NCBI GenBank assembly: GCA_947252645.1
Contig: CAMXWF010000006.1
Location: forward strand, 64,697-128,696
Origin: an uncultured Bacteroidia bacterium
Lineage (GTDB): Bacteria > Bacteroidota > Bacteroidia > Bacteroidales > CAJPTX01
Direction of reading: 5' to 3'
Length of the DNA: 64,000 nucleotides
The position numbers were made by a program, and so were the translations under genes. This document shows, piece after piece, positions 28,715-40,027 of the stretch (the stretch's first letter is position 1; each line of letters begins with the position of its first letter). The notes beneath the pieces were generated by a model that saw only the letters and a list, made by a program, of their open reading frames with translations, was not told the origin of the DNA and made no database searches.

Positions 28715-29090
28715 CAGCTAGCCCTCCCCCACGTCAATAGCTGTCGGCAGAAAACCTACGGGCATCACTCCACGGTGCGCCGTGAGGCTGCAGCACCCCT
28801 AGCGGGGGCAGGCTGCGACTACTATCGGTGGGGGCTTGGCGGGCAGGCACGCTATCCTGCGCCATGCGGCGCGGTAGGCCAGCTGGACACACCCACTGGC
28901 AGGCGAAGCAGAAGCGGGAGGGAACCTAGGCAACTAAGCTGGGCTGATGTCCGCGAAGGCCTCGCCGGTATGGCGCAGCGCATCCGCTAGCGTCTAGTCG
29001 CCCTCAGTGCCTCCACGGAATCACCGAGGCCTCACCCTGCGCGCCGAGGCGGAAACAGAGGGAACTCTCTCCTACAGCCACGGAAGGCAG

Positions 29091-30962
29091 CTATATCGTG
29101 AAGTTAGAGACGCTACCCCGCATGGTGTTGCTCTGCTCGAGCAGACCGTGGCTACTGCTGGCCAGCTCCTCGCTGATAGCCGCATTGCGCTGGGCACTTT
29201 GGCTTATCTGCTCCACAGCCATGGACACCTGGAGCACGGCCTCGTGGACAGAGTCAGAGTTGACCTTGATGCGTTTTGACGTTTCAGAGAGCTCTGCCAT
29301 CACAGGCAACAGGTCTTTGAGCTGCTCCATGGTGAGCTTGGAGTCCTCGATGGCCTGTCGGCCCAGTTCGTTGATATGCTTGACCAAGGCAGCACTGGTT
29401 CCGGCCAGGCGGCCTACCTCTTGGGCCACTACGGCAAAGCCGCGCCCATGCTCGCCCGCCCTTGCAGCCTCTACGGCGGCGTTAAGGGCCAAGAGGTTGG
29501 TTTGACGGGCCACGGCGGAGAGCGCATCCTCCTGCGCCACGATGGCCTGCAGCTGGGTGACGGTCTCGGTCAGCTTAGAGGCCAAGTGATCGAGGCGCTG
29601 GGCGGCCAGGTCGGTCTTCTGGCTCGACTGGTTGATGTGTTCCACGGCCATGGCCGAGCTGTCTTTAATGAGGCTGCACTGAGCACTGGCCTCCTCCGAA
29701 GCCGAGGCGGAGGCACTGGCCGCGTCGGCAATGGCCTCCGACTGCTTTGTAATCGCATCGCTTGAGGCCTGAAGCAAAGCACTGGAGTGGTGGATGTCGT
29801 TGATCATCGCCTTAAAGCGCACGTTCATGATCTGGAAGTTGGTCAGCATGGTGCCTATCTCATCGTTGCGCTCGCTGAGCGCAACGGGCGCTATCCGTAA
29901 ATTCCCTTCTGAGAGCGACATGAGGCGATCGTTGAGGATCAGAATAGGCTGGAGCTCCCGCTTGATGATGCGCGCCATCAAAACTGTGAGGGCCACGCCC
30001 AGCACGACCGCAAGGCCTGAGGCCAACGCGAGGACTCTGTGCGAGGCACGAAGTATCGTGGCGCGCTCAATGCTTGAGCAGAGTACAAAAGGCTTGGAGT
30101 AGCTGCCCACATAGAGGGGCAGGTAGACGTAGTAACGGCCGTGGGCTGTGCGGTAATAGGGCTCGCGGTCACTGGGGATGTCTGCCGGGTCAAGCTGCTC
30201 TTCAAAGCACGAAGGCTGCGCATTGGTCGAGTGCTGAAGGAGGGCTGCGTTGGGCGAATAGAGAGCCAAGGTCCCCTGTCCATCGTAAAAATTGGCCGAG
30301 GCCACCCACTCAAGCACGGTGGTCAGGTTGACATCGGCCTGACACACGCCGCAAAAGACCCCTTGCCGCATCACCGGGATGCTCGTGGTATAGAGGTAGG
30401 TGCTGTCTCTGTCTAGGATCTTGACGTAGTAGGGGTCGGTGATGTATGGCTCACCCGTGTGCATCGGGACGAAGTACCAGGAATCGGGAGAATCCACCTT
30501 GTAGTTGAAGCAGGTGTCGTCGAACTTCCCCTGGCCATCGGCCCCCTTAGCCAAGTACGGGGCATAGCGCCCCTCGTGGTCGGAGCCTGGCTTATAGACG
30601 AAGAGGCTATCGGCCCCATCGAAGGCATTGGGCTCAAACACTAGGCCTATACCCTCCAGCATGGGGTAGCTGGGCAGTGCCTCGATGACCATGGCGATCA
30701 GATTGGCACGCATGGGCTGCTGTTGCTCAACGGCCAGCATGCTGGCCAAAGACTCCACCAGCTGGTTGCCCCGAGTTAGCTGCGCAGCGATGCGCGCGCC
30801 AACGGCGCGCGTTTGCGCCAAAAGCTGACTCTGTGCACCCTCTCGAGCCATGCGCACCGAGGAAGGGTACATGACGGACAGCGTCAAGCCTATGAGTAGC
30901 ACACTGCTCAATGCCGCTATGAATGCTATTCGCTGACGAAGACTGTGCCTTATATTCTTCAT
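29091..30962 (-). CDS. Methyl-accepting chemotaxis protein (Cache-like periplasmic domain, HAMP, MCP signalling domain)
   Basis: The start is set at [23 protein letters not shown] (TM1). There is a ~270-aa extracytoplasmic region, then TM2 and HAMP. The conserved hairpin tip reads [34 protein letters not shown]. Confidence 0.8.
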   Translation of the reverse strand: MKNIRHSLRQRIAFIAALSSVLLIGLTLSVMYPSSVRMAREGAQSQLLAQTRAVGARIAAQLTRGNQLVESLASMLAVEQQQPMRANLIAMVIEALPSYPMLEGIGLVFEPNAFDGADSLFVYKPGSDHEGRYAPYLAKGADGQGKFDDTCFNYKVDSPDSWYFVPMHTGEPYITDPYYVKILDRDSTYLYTTSIPVMRQGVFCGVCQADVNLTTVLEWVASANFYDGQGTLALYSPNAALLQHSTNAQPSCFEEQLDPADIPSDREPYYRTAHGRYYVYLPLYVGSYSKPFVLCSSIERATILRASHRVLALASGLAVVLGVALTVLMARIIKRELQPILILNDRLMSLSEGNLRIAPVALSERNDEIGTMLTNFQIMNVRFKAMINDIHHSSALLQASSDAITKQSEAIADAASASASASEEASAQCSLIKDSSAMAVEHINQSSQKTDLAAQRLDHLASKLTETVTQLQAIVAQEDALSAVARQTNLLALNAAVEAARAGEHGRGFAVVAQEVGRLAGTSAALVKHINELGRQAIEDSKLTMEQLKDLLPVMAELSETSKRIKVNSDSVHEAVLQVSMAVEQISQSAQRNAAISEELASSSHGLLEQSNTMRGSVSNFTI

Positions 30963-31142
30963 GGCAATGAGGTTTAGGTCAACACTAGCCCGCGGCATAG
31001 GGTACGCCCAGTGCGCAGCAAGGTACAATATTTTCTGAAAACGCTCGGTTGCGGCTAACTATCCACAGCCGAAGTGCTTAGGTATATGATCGTAAGGAAT
31101 CTACTTCGCCACGGCGCAACGGCGCAAGGGGCCGCAGAAACA

Positions 31143-32573
31143 TTAAATACTATCCCCTCGCCAAGGGGCCAGGCGGAAGAAAAGGGTCGTTGCCACTATT
31201 AGGAACACGTTGTAAAGAAGGTCAACCGTCCAGACCACTGGCAACGGCATGCAGAACACATGGGCCAGCAGGTAGGCCGCCAGCAGGTATACCACCAGGA
31301 CAGCCAGCTCGAGCAGGAGCGCCGTCATGGTGCGCCCTGTACCCGTCACTCCGCTAAAGTACACCACGCCCACCGACTGGAATAGGGAGCTGAAGGCCAC
31401 CACGTAGAGCACAGGCATCGCACCCTGAATAAGGGCCAGATCATCCGTGTAGACTGCAAGCACCTGGCGCGAGAAAACGGCGCAAAGCAAGGAGATAGGC
31501 GCCACGAATGCCAAGCAGTACCACCCGATTCTCCGCACAACGGGTATCACCCTTTGCGGCTGACGGCGACCAAGCAAGAAGCTCACTATCGTGTTGGTAG
31601 CCGAAGTAAAGCCCATGACGGGGATCAGTATGATCAGAAAAACACTGCGCACTACCTGCGAAATTGCCAAGGCCTGCTCGCCCATATGCTCTATTACGAT
31701 GAAGAACAGGAGCCAGGCATTGGTGGAGATTACGTTCTGAAGCATGACCGGTAGGGCCAAACGCACCAGGTGACGTAGCAAAGGCCAGCTCAAGACACGG
31801 AAGGTAAAAAGCCTATAGCGGCGACGATCGATTTTCACCGCCGTGTAGACTATAAAGGTACACGTGCAAACCACCTCGGCCAGCATGGAGGCCAACGCAG
31901 CGCCCGCAATGCCCATAGCCGGGAAAGGCCCTATGCCGAAAATGAGCAGGTAGTCCAGTAGAATGTTGGCCCCCACCTGCATCCCCGAAGTCAGAGTGAT
32001 TACGCCCGTGCGCGCCATACCCACGTAGAAGGAGCGGAAGGTGAAGTTGGTGTGGGCAAAGATGAGCCCAAACAGACGGTAGCTCAGGTAGATGTCGGCA
32101 GCCTCCAACACATTCGGGGAGCTGATCATCCAGCCGAGAAGCGCATCCTTGGTCGTCCACGTGAGCAGGAAGAGCGACAAGCCCATGGCCCACTGGAAGA
32201 GAAAAGCGTGGGTTAGCACACGCCCCACCTGGCGAAGCCGCCCCTGCCCGAAGCGGTGCGCCACCAAGACCTGCGTGCCCACGCCAAAGCCAAAGGCAAA
32301 CATGATGATGACCAAGTAGACCAGGCCCCCAAGGGCCGTGCCTCCCAAGGCCACTCGCCCAAGACGACCCACAAAGGCCGTGTCCGTGACGCTCATGAGC
32401 GTCTGGACCGCACTCCCTAGGATGATAGGCCAGACTACTGGCCAAACCGCGCGGAAATCTACCTTCTTGGCTAGACGCAGGAAGTTGGGCGACTGGTAAT
32501 CGGAATTCCGCTCGCCCACATCCTCGGAGGCCTCAGCCCTCAACGCCTCCTGCTCCCCCTCATGCAGCACCAT
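31143..32573 (-). CDS. MATE-family efflux transporter
   Basis: The 476-aa product has about 12 hydrophobic segments. The N-terminal pattern VWPIILGSAVQTLMSVTDTAFVGRLG is typical of MATE transporters. Confidence 0.75.
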   Translation of the reverse strand: MVLHEGEQEALRAEASEDVGERNSDYQSPNFLRLAKKVDFRAVWPVVWPIILGSAVQTLMSVTDTAFVGRLGRVALGGTALGGLVYLVIIMFAFGFGVGTQVLVAHRFGQGRLRQVGRVLTHAFLFQWAMGLSLFLLTWTTKDALLGWMISSPNVLEAADIYLSYRLFGLIFAHTNFTFRSFYVGMARTGVITLTSGMQVGANILLDYLLIFGIGPFPAMGIAGAALASMLAEVVCTCTFIVYTAVKIDRRRYRLFTFRVLSWPLLRHLVRLALPVMLQNVISTNAWLLFFIVIEHMGEQALAISQVVRSVFLIILIPVMGFTSATNTIVSFLLGRRQPQRVIPVVRRIGWYCLAFVAPISLLCAVFSRQVLAVYTDDLALIQGAMPVLYVVAFSSLFQSVGVVYFSGVTGTGRTMTALLLELAVLVVYLLAAYLLAHVFCMPLPVVWTVDLLYNVFLIVATTLFFRLAPWRGDSI

Positions 32574-32578
32574 TCACA

Positions 32579-34738
32579 CTAGAGCCAGCGATTGATGTAG
32601 TCGGTCACCTTGTTCATGAGTTGCACCCTATCCCGCCCCCGGACATTGTGCGGGTGGCCAGGATAGAAAAAGGCATCCACCTCGTAGCGCCCAGCGTCTA
32701 CCACGGCCTTCATGAACGACAGCGAGTGCTGCGGCACCACGGTGCCATCCTGGTAGCCATGGAGGATGAGCAAGCGCTTGCCCTCTAGATTCTGCACGCT
32801 CGTCCGCAAATTCGCCCAGGCATAGCCATCGGGGTTCTCCTGCGGACGATCCATATAGCGCTCACCGTACATTACCTCGTAGTACTGCCAATCGATCACG
32901 GGGCCGCCGGCCACACCCACCTTGAACGCCCCCTGGCTCCTAAGGAGCATATTGATGGCCATGAAGCCGCCAAAGCTCCAGCCATGCACCGCCATCCGCT
33001 CACTATCTACATACGGAAGGCTCTTGAGAAACGCCACCCCTCGGAGCTGATCCTGTAGCTCAAGCTGCCCTAGCCTACGGTGGATGGGTTGCTCAAAGGC
33101 AAAGCCCCGATTGGCCGAGCCGCGATTGTCCATGACGAATACCACGTAGCCCTGCTGCGCCATCAGGCATTCCCAGAGGTTGGCCCCTGCCAGCCACGAG
33201 TTGGTGACCAGCTGCGCATGGGGTCCCCCATAGACGTATACCACCACCCTATGCTTTTGCGTCGAGTCCATATGGGGCGGGGTAATCAAGCGACCGTAGA
33301 GATCCGTTGTACCGTCCGCCGCCTTCAACGACACCAAGCGCACACTGGGCATGGCGTAACCCGCAAGCGGGTTGGCGTGCTTACGCTGATTGGTCGTAGG
33401 CCCCCCCAGAAGAGAACTGATGTAGAAGCCCCCAGCATCCGCCACGCTGCTCCAACGCGCGGCAAAACGACCCGCCTGGGTGTCGAGCCAAACGGTGCTG
33501 TAGCCATCTTTAGAGGTCAAACGCTGCCTGCTCTTGTCCACCACGTTGACCGCCCAGAGCTGCCTATCCAGCACGGCACTCTCATTGGAGTAGATGAAAA
33601 GGGTGGAGCGTTGCCTATCGTAGCCAAGCACACCCAGCACATCCCAGTCGCCCGAAGTGATGGGCGCTATGAGCCCCCCCTCCACGCTATAGAGGTAGGC
33701 GTGGTTATGGCCTGTCCTTTGGCTCATCCAGATGAACTCACCCGGCCTATTGGGCAGAAACCGCATGGGCACCAAGGGCTCCACGTAGCGCGGACTAGTC
33801 TCTGAAAACAGCACCCGCCGGCGCGCGCCCGTCTGGGCATCGTACTCCACCAAGTGCATCGTATCCTGGCCACGGTTGACCTCCGCAATGTAAATCCTCC
33901 GCGCATCTGGCGACCACGCAATGTTGGTGAGATATTTCTCCTTGGGCAAGCCCGTTTGCAGCCATACGACCCGACTCGGCGCGTCCCGATGCACCACGCC
34001 CACCGTGACCTCGTGGCTCGCCTGACCAGCCATGGGGTAGCGGATAGCAGACAAATGGGCCGGGCGATCGTCTATCCTCACCAGGGGGTAGGGCGTAACC
34101 ATGCGCTCGTCGAGGTGGTAGAAGGCAAAGGCCTCACCCTTGCCCGACCAAAAAATCCCATCCTCTATCCCAAACTCATTGCGGTGCACCGCACGGCCAT
34201 TCTGGATACCATCCACCGTGTCGGTCACCACCCGAATGCGCTTCCCATCGGCATCTTGCAGCTCTAGGCTCTGCCCAACGTTATAGACCACCGCATCGCC
34301 CGCAGGCGACTCATGGGCGTTGTCCGCCCCCTGGGGTAGCTGCCAGAGCAAGGTCACACCCGTGAAGTCGACTCCCACGCTATACTTCGCCGACCCCGTC
34401 CAGAAAGCCAACTCCCGGCCATTGCGCCACGTGACAGGTCCCCAGCTATTGAGCGCACTCGCCGTAGCGGGCAACAGGGCATTCAGCTGACGCAGGGAAA
34501 TGCGCTTAAGGTCTTTCGCACTCGCCACGTTGCGAAACACCAGGGTGTCGCCCTCTGCGTAGGTATAGTCTCCGCTCAACGGTCTCCACTGGAAACAGGC
34601 GTAGCGCGCGGGGTAGAGCTCACCCCCACGCGCCAAAACAGCCTCCTCCATGGTGAGACTACGCTGTGCGCTGCATACCAGCGAAAACAACATCAACACA
34701 ACCAACGCACATACCCAGCGCATCTTCCTCATGACCAC
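32579..34738 (-). CDS. Dipeptidyl-peptidase IV (S9B)
   Basis: It has a signal peptide and a beta-propeller N-terminal half. The catalytic Ser motif is HGWSFGGFMA, and DGTVVPQHS lies near the C-terminus. Confidence 0.85.
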   Translation of the reverse strand: MVMRKMRWVCALVVLMLFSLVCSAQRSLTMEEAVLARGGELYPARYACFQWRPLSGDYTYAEGDTLVFRNVASAKDLKRISLRQLNALLPATASALNSWGPVTWRNGRELAFWTGSAKYSVGVDFTGVTLLWQLPQGADNAHESPAGDAVVYNVGQSLELQDADGKRIRVVTDTVDGIQNGRAVHRNEFGIEDGIFWSGKGEAFAFYHLDERMVTPYPLVRIDDRPAHLSAIRYPMAGQASHEVTVGVVHRDAPSRVVWLQTGLPKEKYLTNIAWSPDARRIYIAEVNRGQDTMHLVEYDAQTGARRRVLFSETSPRYVEPLVPMRFLPNRPGEFIWMSQRTGHNHAYLYSVEGGLIAPITSGDWDVLGVLGYDRQRSTLFIYSNESAVLDRQLWAVNVVDKSRQRLTSKDGYSTVWLDTQAGRFAARWSSVADAGGFYISSLLGGPTTNQRKHANPLAGYAMPSVRLVSLKAADGTTDLYGRLITPPHMDSTQKHRVVVYVYGGPHAQLVTNSWLAGANLWECLMAQQGYVVFVMDNRGSANRGFAFEQPIHRRLGQLELQDQLRGVAFLKSLPYVDSERMAVHGWSFGGFMAINMLLRSQGAFKVGVAGGPVIDWQYYEVMYGERYMDRPQENPDGYAWANLRTSVQNLEGKRLLILHGYQDGTVVPQHSLSFMKAVVDAGRYEVDAFFYPGHPHNVRGRDRVQLMNKVTDYINRWL

Positions 34739-34785
34739 AATGTTAGATTAGAACTCTGCACACCCATCGCCCAAGTCGCCACGCC

Positions 34786-35394
34786 CTAGCGCTTAAGCAG
34801 CTCAGAGAAAACCTCCCGGAGCTTGGCCACTTTCGGGGCTATCACCATGCGGCAATAGCCCTCATGCGGGTGGGCCTTGTAATAGTCCCGATGGTAGGCC
34901 TCCGCCGGGTAGAACTCCGGCATGGGCAAAACCTGCGTCACGATCGGATCGCTCCACACATGCTCCTCATCTAGCTTGAGGATGATGTTTTGCGCCATGG
35001 CCTCCTGGGCGGACGTATAGGTGAAAATCACCGAGCGATACTGCGAACCAACATCCACTCCCTGCTGATCCACCGTGGTAGGATCGTGCATTGCAAAGTA
35101 GACCTCCAAGAGCTTTTGGTAGGGAATGACGGCAGGATCATACGTCACACGCACCACCTCGGCGTGGCCTGTATCACCCGAACAAACCTCGCGATAGCTC
35201 GGGTTCGCCTTGGCACCACCCGCAAAGCCCACCTCCACCTTCTCCACTCCCCTAAGACGACTGAATATCGCCTCTGCACACCAAAAACACCCCATCCCAA
35301 AGCTCGCGCACTCTGTGCTTACAGACTGCCCCTGCGCTCCCATAGCTGCTACCAAAATTATCAACATCCCCACCAAGCTACTTCTGCATAGCAT
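34786..35394 (-). CDS. msrA: Peptide-methionine (S)-S-oxide reductase, exported form
   Basis: The active site is GMGCFWCAEAIF, followed by GHAEVVRVTYDP. The start is ambiguous (35394 or 35364). The longest ORF overlaps the upstream gene. Confidence 0.85.
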   Translation of the reverse strand: MLCRSSLVGMLIILVAAMGAQGQSVSTECASFGMGCFWCAEAIFSRLRGVEKVEVGFAGGAKANPSYREVCSGDTGHAEVVRVTYDPAVIPYQKLLEVYFAMHDPTTVDQQGVDVGSQYRSVIFTYTSAQEAMAQNIILKLDEEHVWSDPIVTQVLPMPEFYPAEAYHRDYYKAHPHEGYCRMVIAPKVAKLREVFSELLKR

Positions 35395-36115
35395 AAACCA
35401 CACGGAAGTCCTTGATGTGGCTGACATAATACGCCATGAGGTCGTCAAGGTACTTCCTGGTGGCCTCGTCCTCTAGCTCGGCCGCCGGGGGCACCAGCTT
35501 AAACTTTTTGAGACCCGCCAAGATGTTACCCCTCACTTGGGGAGCTGCCCCTGCCTTAACCGCCAACACCCGCAGCTTCGTGGAGGGATAGGAGAGCAGA
35601 AGGGCATTGCTCGAAGGCTGCTCGTAGTCAAAGCACACCTCGGCAAACACTGCCCGCACCTGGCTATCCGCAGCTTCCGCAAGCTTAAGGATGCTAAACT
35701 GGCGCACTTCGCGGTCAAATAGATACGTACCTCCTAGATTCAGCTCCTGCGGGCCTTCCTGCAGCACGAGCTGGAGCTCACCCTTCGGCTTGCACTCCAT
35801 AGACTTGACCATGGATCCCAAGGTCGACTCCAACATGGACCCTGTAACCATGTCCATCACCACCACCAGCTGCCTACAGGCCTCCACTGGAAGGCCCTTC
35901 TTCGCCGATGCCGGATCGGGCGAATAAAGCGGGAAATTGGCGCTATACTCCTCCGTGACCTCACTCTTGACCACCACCTCGGCACCCGTACACGCCCACC
36001 GGCCCAAGAGATCCTCATCATCGCCCTTCGGCTTGCAACCAGTGAACACACCACCCAACAATGCTCCGCCCAACAACACCAACAGCGTCCACAGAAAAAT
36101 TGACCTATTGCCCAT
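35378..36115 (-). CDS. Hypothetical lipoprotein
   Basis: The signal and lipobox are FLWTLLVLLGGALLGGVFTGCKPK. I recognise no family. Confidence 0.5.
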   Translation of the reverse strand: MGNRSIFLWTLLVLLGGALLGGVFTGCKPKGDDEDLLGRWACTGAEVVVKSEVTEEYSANFPLYSPDPASAKKGLPVEACRQLVVVMDMVTGSMLESTLGSMVKSMECKPKGELQLVLQEGPQELNLGGTYLFDREVRQFSILKLAEAADSQVRAVFAEVCFDYEQPSSNALLLSYPSTKLRVLAVKAGAAPQVRGNILAGLKKFKLVPPAAELEDEATRKYLDDLMAYYVSHIKDFRVVYAMQK

Positions 36116-36174
36116 GCGACTAGCCCCTCCTCAAGCAAGAAAAATGCTACACGCGCAAATTTAGCGTTATGTTC

Positions 36175-38350
36175 CTAGATCTCCAAACCAACCGCCAGGT
36201 TCCAGCTCAAGGGGGCCCCCAGCTGGCCAAAATAGCGGTAGCCCCGCCGTTTCTTGCCCACCGGGCTGGTGAACATATAGGCAAAGTACCTGGAGTTGAG
36301 CAGATTGTTCCCCCAGGCGCGCAGATAGAGTCCACGGTAGGCCACACGCAGCTCCGCCTGCAGCTCCCCATGGTAGGGCTGCATAAGCGTGTTCTGCTCA
36401 TCGAAATACTGCCGACCATAGGCCTGGTAGGCCACGCTGCCCGATAGGTGCCAACTGCTGCGGGGGCCAAACGTCTGCTGCGCCCCCACGCGCAGCGACC
36501 CCGTGAAGGCCGGCGCCATGACCGTGTACTTACCCACCACCTCCGGCCGGGCGTGGCGCACATAGCGTGCGTTGGTATACCCCGCGCTCACATCCACTGT
36601 AAGCCAGCTCAACGGTTGCCAGCTACAATCCGCCTCCACCGAATAGCTATGCACATCCCCCGCATTGCGGATGGCCGGGCCCATCATCTCTATCAGGAAG
36701 ATCTGCTGATCGCGCCAGTCAATGAAATTCACCGCCAGCGACCCCCGCAGCATGCGCATCAAATCCACCAGACGCACGCCTAGCTCATAGCTCCAAAGAC
36801 TCTCCCGACCATATCCAAGCTGCGGATTATGCTCCATGGGGCGATTGTCCACCGCGTTGAAGCCCCCAGGCTTAAAACCCCGCGCCACCGTGATGTAGGT
36901 CGTCCACCTACCTGCCCACAGGCGAAGCAGGGAAACGCGCGGCAAAAGCGCCACAAAGTGCGCAGGCGCACGCTGCGTACCCCAAGGCCCATGCCCTAGA
37001 ATCGGACTGAAGAGCTCCTGCGCGTAGTCCAGATGGCTATACTCATATTCCAGCCGCACGCTGCCCGTTAGCTGCAGCTGGGTACGCGGTGCGATCCAGC
37101 TCACCTGACCAAAAACCGAGCCTCCTGCCGTCTGGACACTGCTGCGGTAGTGCATGCTGTCAACCATGCTAGCAGCCACACCGAGCAGCAAGGCCTTGTC
37201 GGGGCCAAAGGGCGCATAGAGTCGCATGCCATGGTGCTGATAGCTAAGAAATAGCCCCGCCAGCCAACGCAAAGGGGCCTGAGGCCGAGACTGCGCCAAC
37301 ACCTCCAGCGTCCCCGTGTACTGCCCGATGAACCTACGATGCGAAAACACCGAGAGATTGGTATAGTCCGCATCCATCCGCTGCCTATCATCCCGGTAGG
37401 CCACACTCGCAGTCGCCTCCAGCCCCCAATCGGGAAACTGTCCGCGATAGCTCACATGGCCTCTGGCATGCCAACGCACGTAGTCACACGGCGCATCGTA
37501 GTTCACCCAGTACGGGCACGCCATGAGAGAATCTACCGGCGCGTAGCCATAGCCCGCATCGTCCGTCAGTCCGCCCGACAGACCAAACTCCAGCCGCGCG
37601 CTGTCTGAAAGGCGACAGCGCCCCCGGTAGCGCCCATAGTAGAGACTGCGGGGCGTATTCCAGCGCCCATCGTGGCGGTTGCGGTAGTAGCCCCTAGAGC
37701 GCAACGCCGTCAGCACCACCCTATTGCCCACGCAACCCACCGGGAGATCGCCACCAAGCATGGCACCGAGGGTCCGAAAAGCCCCATAGGAAACCTCTGC
37801 ACGCAGGGCCCGACGACGGCGTGGCGCAGGCGTGTAAACATTCATCTGGCCTATGATGCTGTTGCGACCATAGAGCGCAGTCTGCGGGCCACGCAGCATC
37901 TCCACACGCCATATATCCACCAAGGGCAGCTGGAAGGCATCACGGTCAAAATAGGGCACGCCATCCACGTAGAGCCCCACGGGAGCAGCACCCATCACCG
38001 ACCCCACTCCCCGCACGTAGATCGGGCTGGAAATGCGCAGACCGCTAGGCTGCAAATACACATTGGGCACTAGGCCTGAAAGACTCCGCAAATCTGCACC
38101 TGGCATCTCTCGGCGCACCGGCAGCACCGTGGTAATAGCATGCGGCGCCAAGCGCACATCTTGTTCCCAACGGTCACCCCGCACCATCACAGGTGCTATC
38201 TGCCTCGCGCAGAGAAGGCTATCCGTATCGTCCTGCTCGTTCGACAACGCCAGCCCCCTGGCCTGCAGGGTGGGAAAAATCAAGGCCAAGAACACCAACC
38301 GGCAAATGGCCCGCCCCCTAATCCGCGCTGACCGACAAAAAAAATCCATG
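36175..38350 (-). CDS. TonB-dependent receptor
   Basis: The plug region reads PNVYLQPSGLRISSPIYVRGVG...LRGPQTALYGRNSIIG, followed by a long beta-barrel. The first ATG is at 38350; the longest ORF begins with TTG at 38358. Confidence 0.75.
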
Positions 38351-38425
38351 TGCAGCAACCATCTAGCAATGGGAATCTGCCCCTCTGCGCCAACCCTAGG
38401 CAGAGCAACACACCCACACTCCCCG

Positions 38426-38499
38426 TGATCCAGTCGGGGATCGAACCCGAAACCTACAGCTTAGAAGGCTGTCGCTCTATCCGATTGAGCTACTGGACC
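38426..38499 (-). tRNA. tRNA-Arg (anticodon TCT)
   Basis: The minus strand reads GGTCCAGTAGCTCAATCGGATAGAGCGACAGCCTTCTAAGCTGTAGGTTTCGGGTTCGATCCCCGACTGGATCA. It forms a cloverleaf with the anticodon loop CTTCTAA. CCA is not encoded. Confidence 0.85.
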
Positions 38500-38543
38500 T
38501 CCCACCGCCTTCCCCCGATAGCTTGCGGGAAAGGCAAACACCA

Positions 38544-39953
38544 CTACGCCCGACCAGCACTACCCTTGCGAACCTCCTCGCACACCGCCTCAGGCTCTAT
38601 CGGAATGCGGTGCTCGCCTAGAATCCGGCAGCCCGTGGCGGTGATGACAATATCGTCCTCTAGGCGAATGCCCCCGAATTCGTAGTACTTCTCCAGCTCC
38701 CGAAAATTGATGAAGGCGTTATTGATCTTCTCCTTGTGCCACTTCTCTATGAGCTTGGGGATGAAGTAGATACCAGGCTCCACGGTCACCACAAAGCCCT
38801 CCTGCAGACGCTTACCACAGCGCAGGGAGGCCGTGCCAAACTGCGCGCTACGCTGCACCTCCGTGTCGTAGCCCACGTAGTCCTCCCCGTAGCACTCCAT
38901 GTCGTGCGTATCAAGCCCCATCATATGGCCCAAGCCGTGGGGCAAAAAGAGCGCATGGGCCCCGTTGGCCACCGACTCATCTACGTTACCCTTCATCACC
39001 CCGATGGCCTGTAAGCCCTCCGTGAGCACGCGGCACACAGCCATGTGCACATCCACGTACTTCACGCCAGGCCGCGCCAACTCCACCCCCTTATTCACGC
39101 CCCGAAGCACCGTCTCGTACACCGCCAGCTGCTGCTGGCTAAACGCACCCCCTACGGGCGAAACGCGCGTATTGTCGCTCGCGTAGTGCAGCTGCGACTC
39201 CGCCCCGCAATCTACCAGCAGTAGGCGCCCCTTCTCCAAAATACCATCGTGAGCCTCGTTGTGCAAACGCTCCCCGTGCTGCGAAAGGATGGTGTTGAAG
39301 GAGGTCATGTATCCATACCCTACCGCTATGCCCTCCAGCTCGCCGGTCAAGACCTGCTCCGAGGCCCCAGGCTGCGCCCCGCGCATGGCCGCCACATGCA
39401 TCTTGTAGCCCACCTCATGGATGGCATCCAACTCCGCAATCTCCTCGGCCGACTTCACCGAACGCTGGGCTATAACCGCCTCCACCAGCTGATGCGACAC
39501 GTAGTTGCGCACCCCCTCGGGCGTCAGCCCCAGCAGCTCATGCAGCTGGAGAACCTGCTCGGCACGGTATGGCGGAAGGTAGTGCACCTTGCGCCCATGG
39601 CGCACCGCGCTATCTAGCTCATCCTTCAGCTCGGCCAGCGGGCGCACGCATTGTATGCCCACCTGCTCAGCCCGGGACACCAGCGATGCCTGGTCCCCCA
39701 TCCAGATGATATCATCCATGGTATACTCATCGCCAAAAAGGTAGTCCTTGCCTCCGTCCAAATCCAGCAAACCCACCAAGTTGGCCGCATCGAGTCCAAA
39801 ATAGTAGAGGAAGGAGCTATCCTGACGGAAACGGTACGGATTCCCCTCATAGTTGATGGGGGAGTAACCATTGCCTAGCATCAGCACAAGCCCACCCTTC
39901 ATCCGGCTACGCAGTGCCTGTCGGCGCTCTATATAGACTTTGCTCGCAAACAT
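38544..39953 (-). CDS. Xaa-Pro aminopeptidase (M24B, with an AMP_N domain)
   Basis: The motifs are FRQDSSFLYYFG, D.GAE...YASD.TR, HGLGHMMGLDTHD and VVTVEPGIY...GGIRLEDD. Confidence 0.85.
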   Translation of the reverse strand: MFASKVYIERRQALRSRMKGGLVLMLGNGYSPINYEGNPYRFRQDSSFLYYFGLDAANLVGLLDLDGGKDYLFGDEYTMDDIIWMGDQASLVSRAEQVGIQCVRPLAELKDELDSAVRHGRKVHYLPPYRAEQVLQLHELLGLTPEGVRNYVSHQLVEAVIAQRSVKSAEEIAELDAIHEVGYKMHVAAMRGAQPGASEQVLTGELEGIAVGYGYMTSFNTILSQHGERLHNEAHDGILEKGRLLLVDCGAESQLHYASDNTRVSPVGGAFSQQQLAVYETVLRGVNKGVELARPGVKYVDVHMAVCRVLTEGLQAIGVMKGNVDESVANGAHALFLPHGLGHMMGLDTHDMECYGEDYVGYDTEVQRSAQFGTASLRCGKRLQEGFVVTVEPGIYFIPKLIEKWHKEKINNAFINFRELEKYYEFGGIRLEDDIVITATGCRILGEHRIPIEPEAVCEEVRKGSAGRA

Positions 39954-40027
39954 GTTCTCCTGCTTTGATACGCTAACCGCGGCAAGTTACAACTAATTCA
40001 ACCAACCTGCCCCACCCCGCGCCCTGC

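Noticed and set aside
28715-29090. A 375-bp GC-rich gap between the convergent MBL hydrolase and MCP genes, containing the track ORFs 28775-28990 and 29007-29279
   Set aside because: The ORFs have no motifs, and one of them runs antisense into the MCP. I found no convincing hairpin plus T tract, repeat or RNA motif. The gap is noted as unexplained but is not evidence of a feature.
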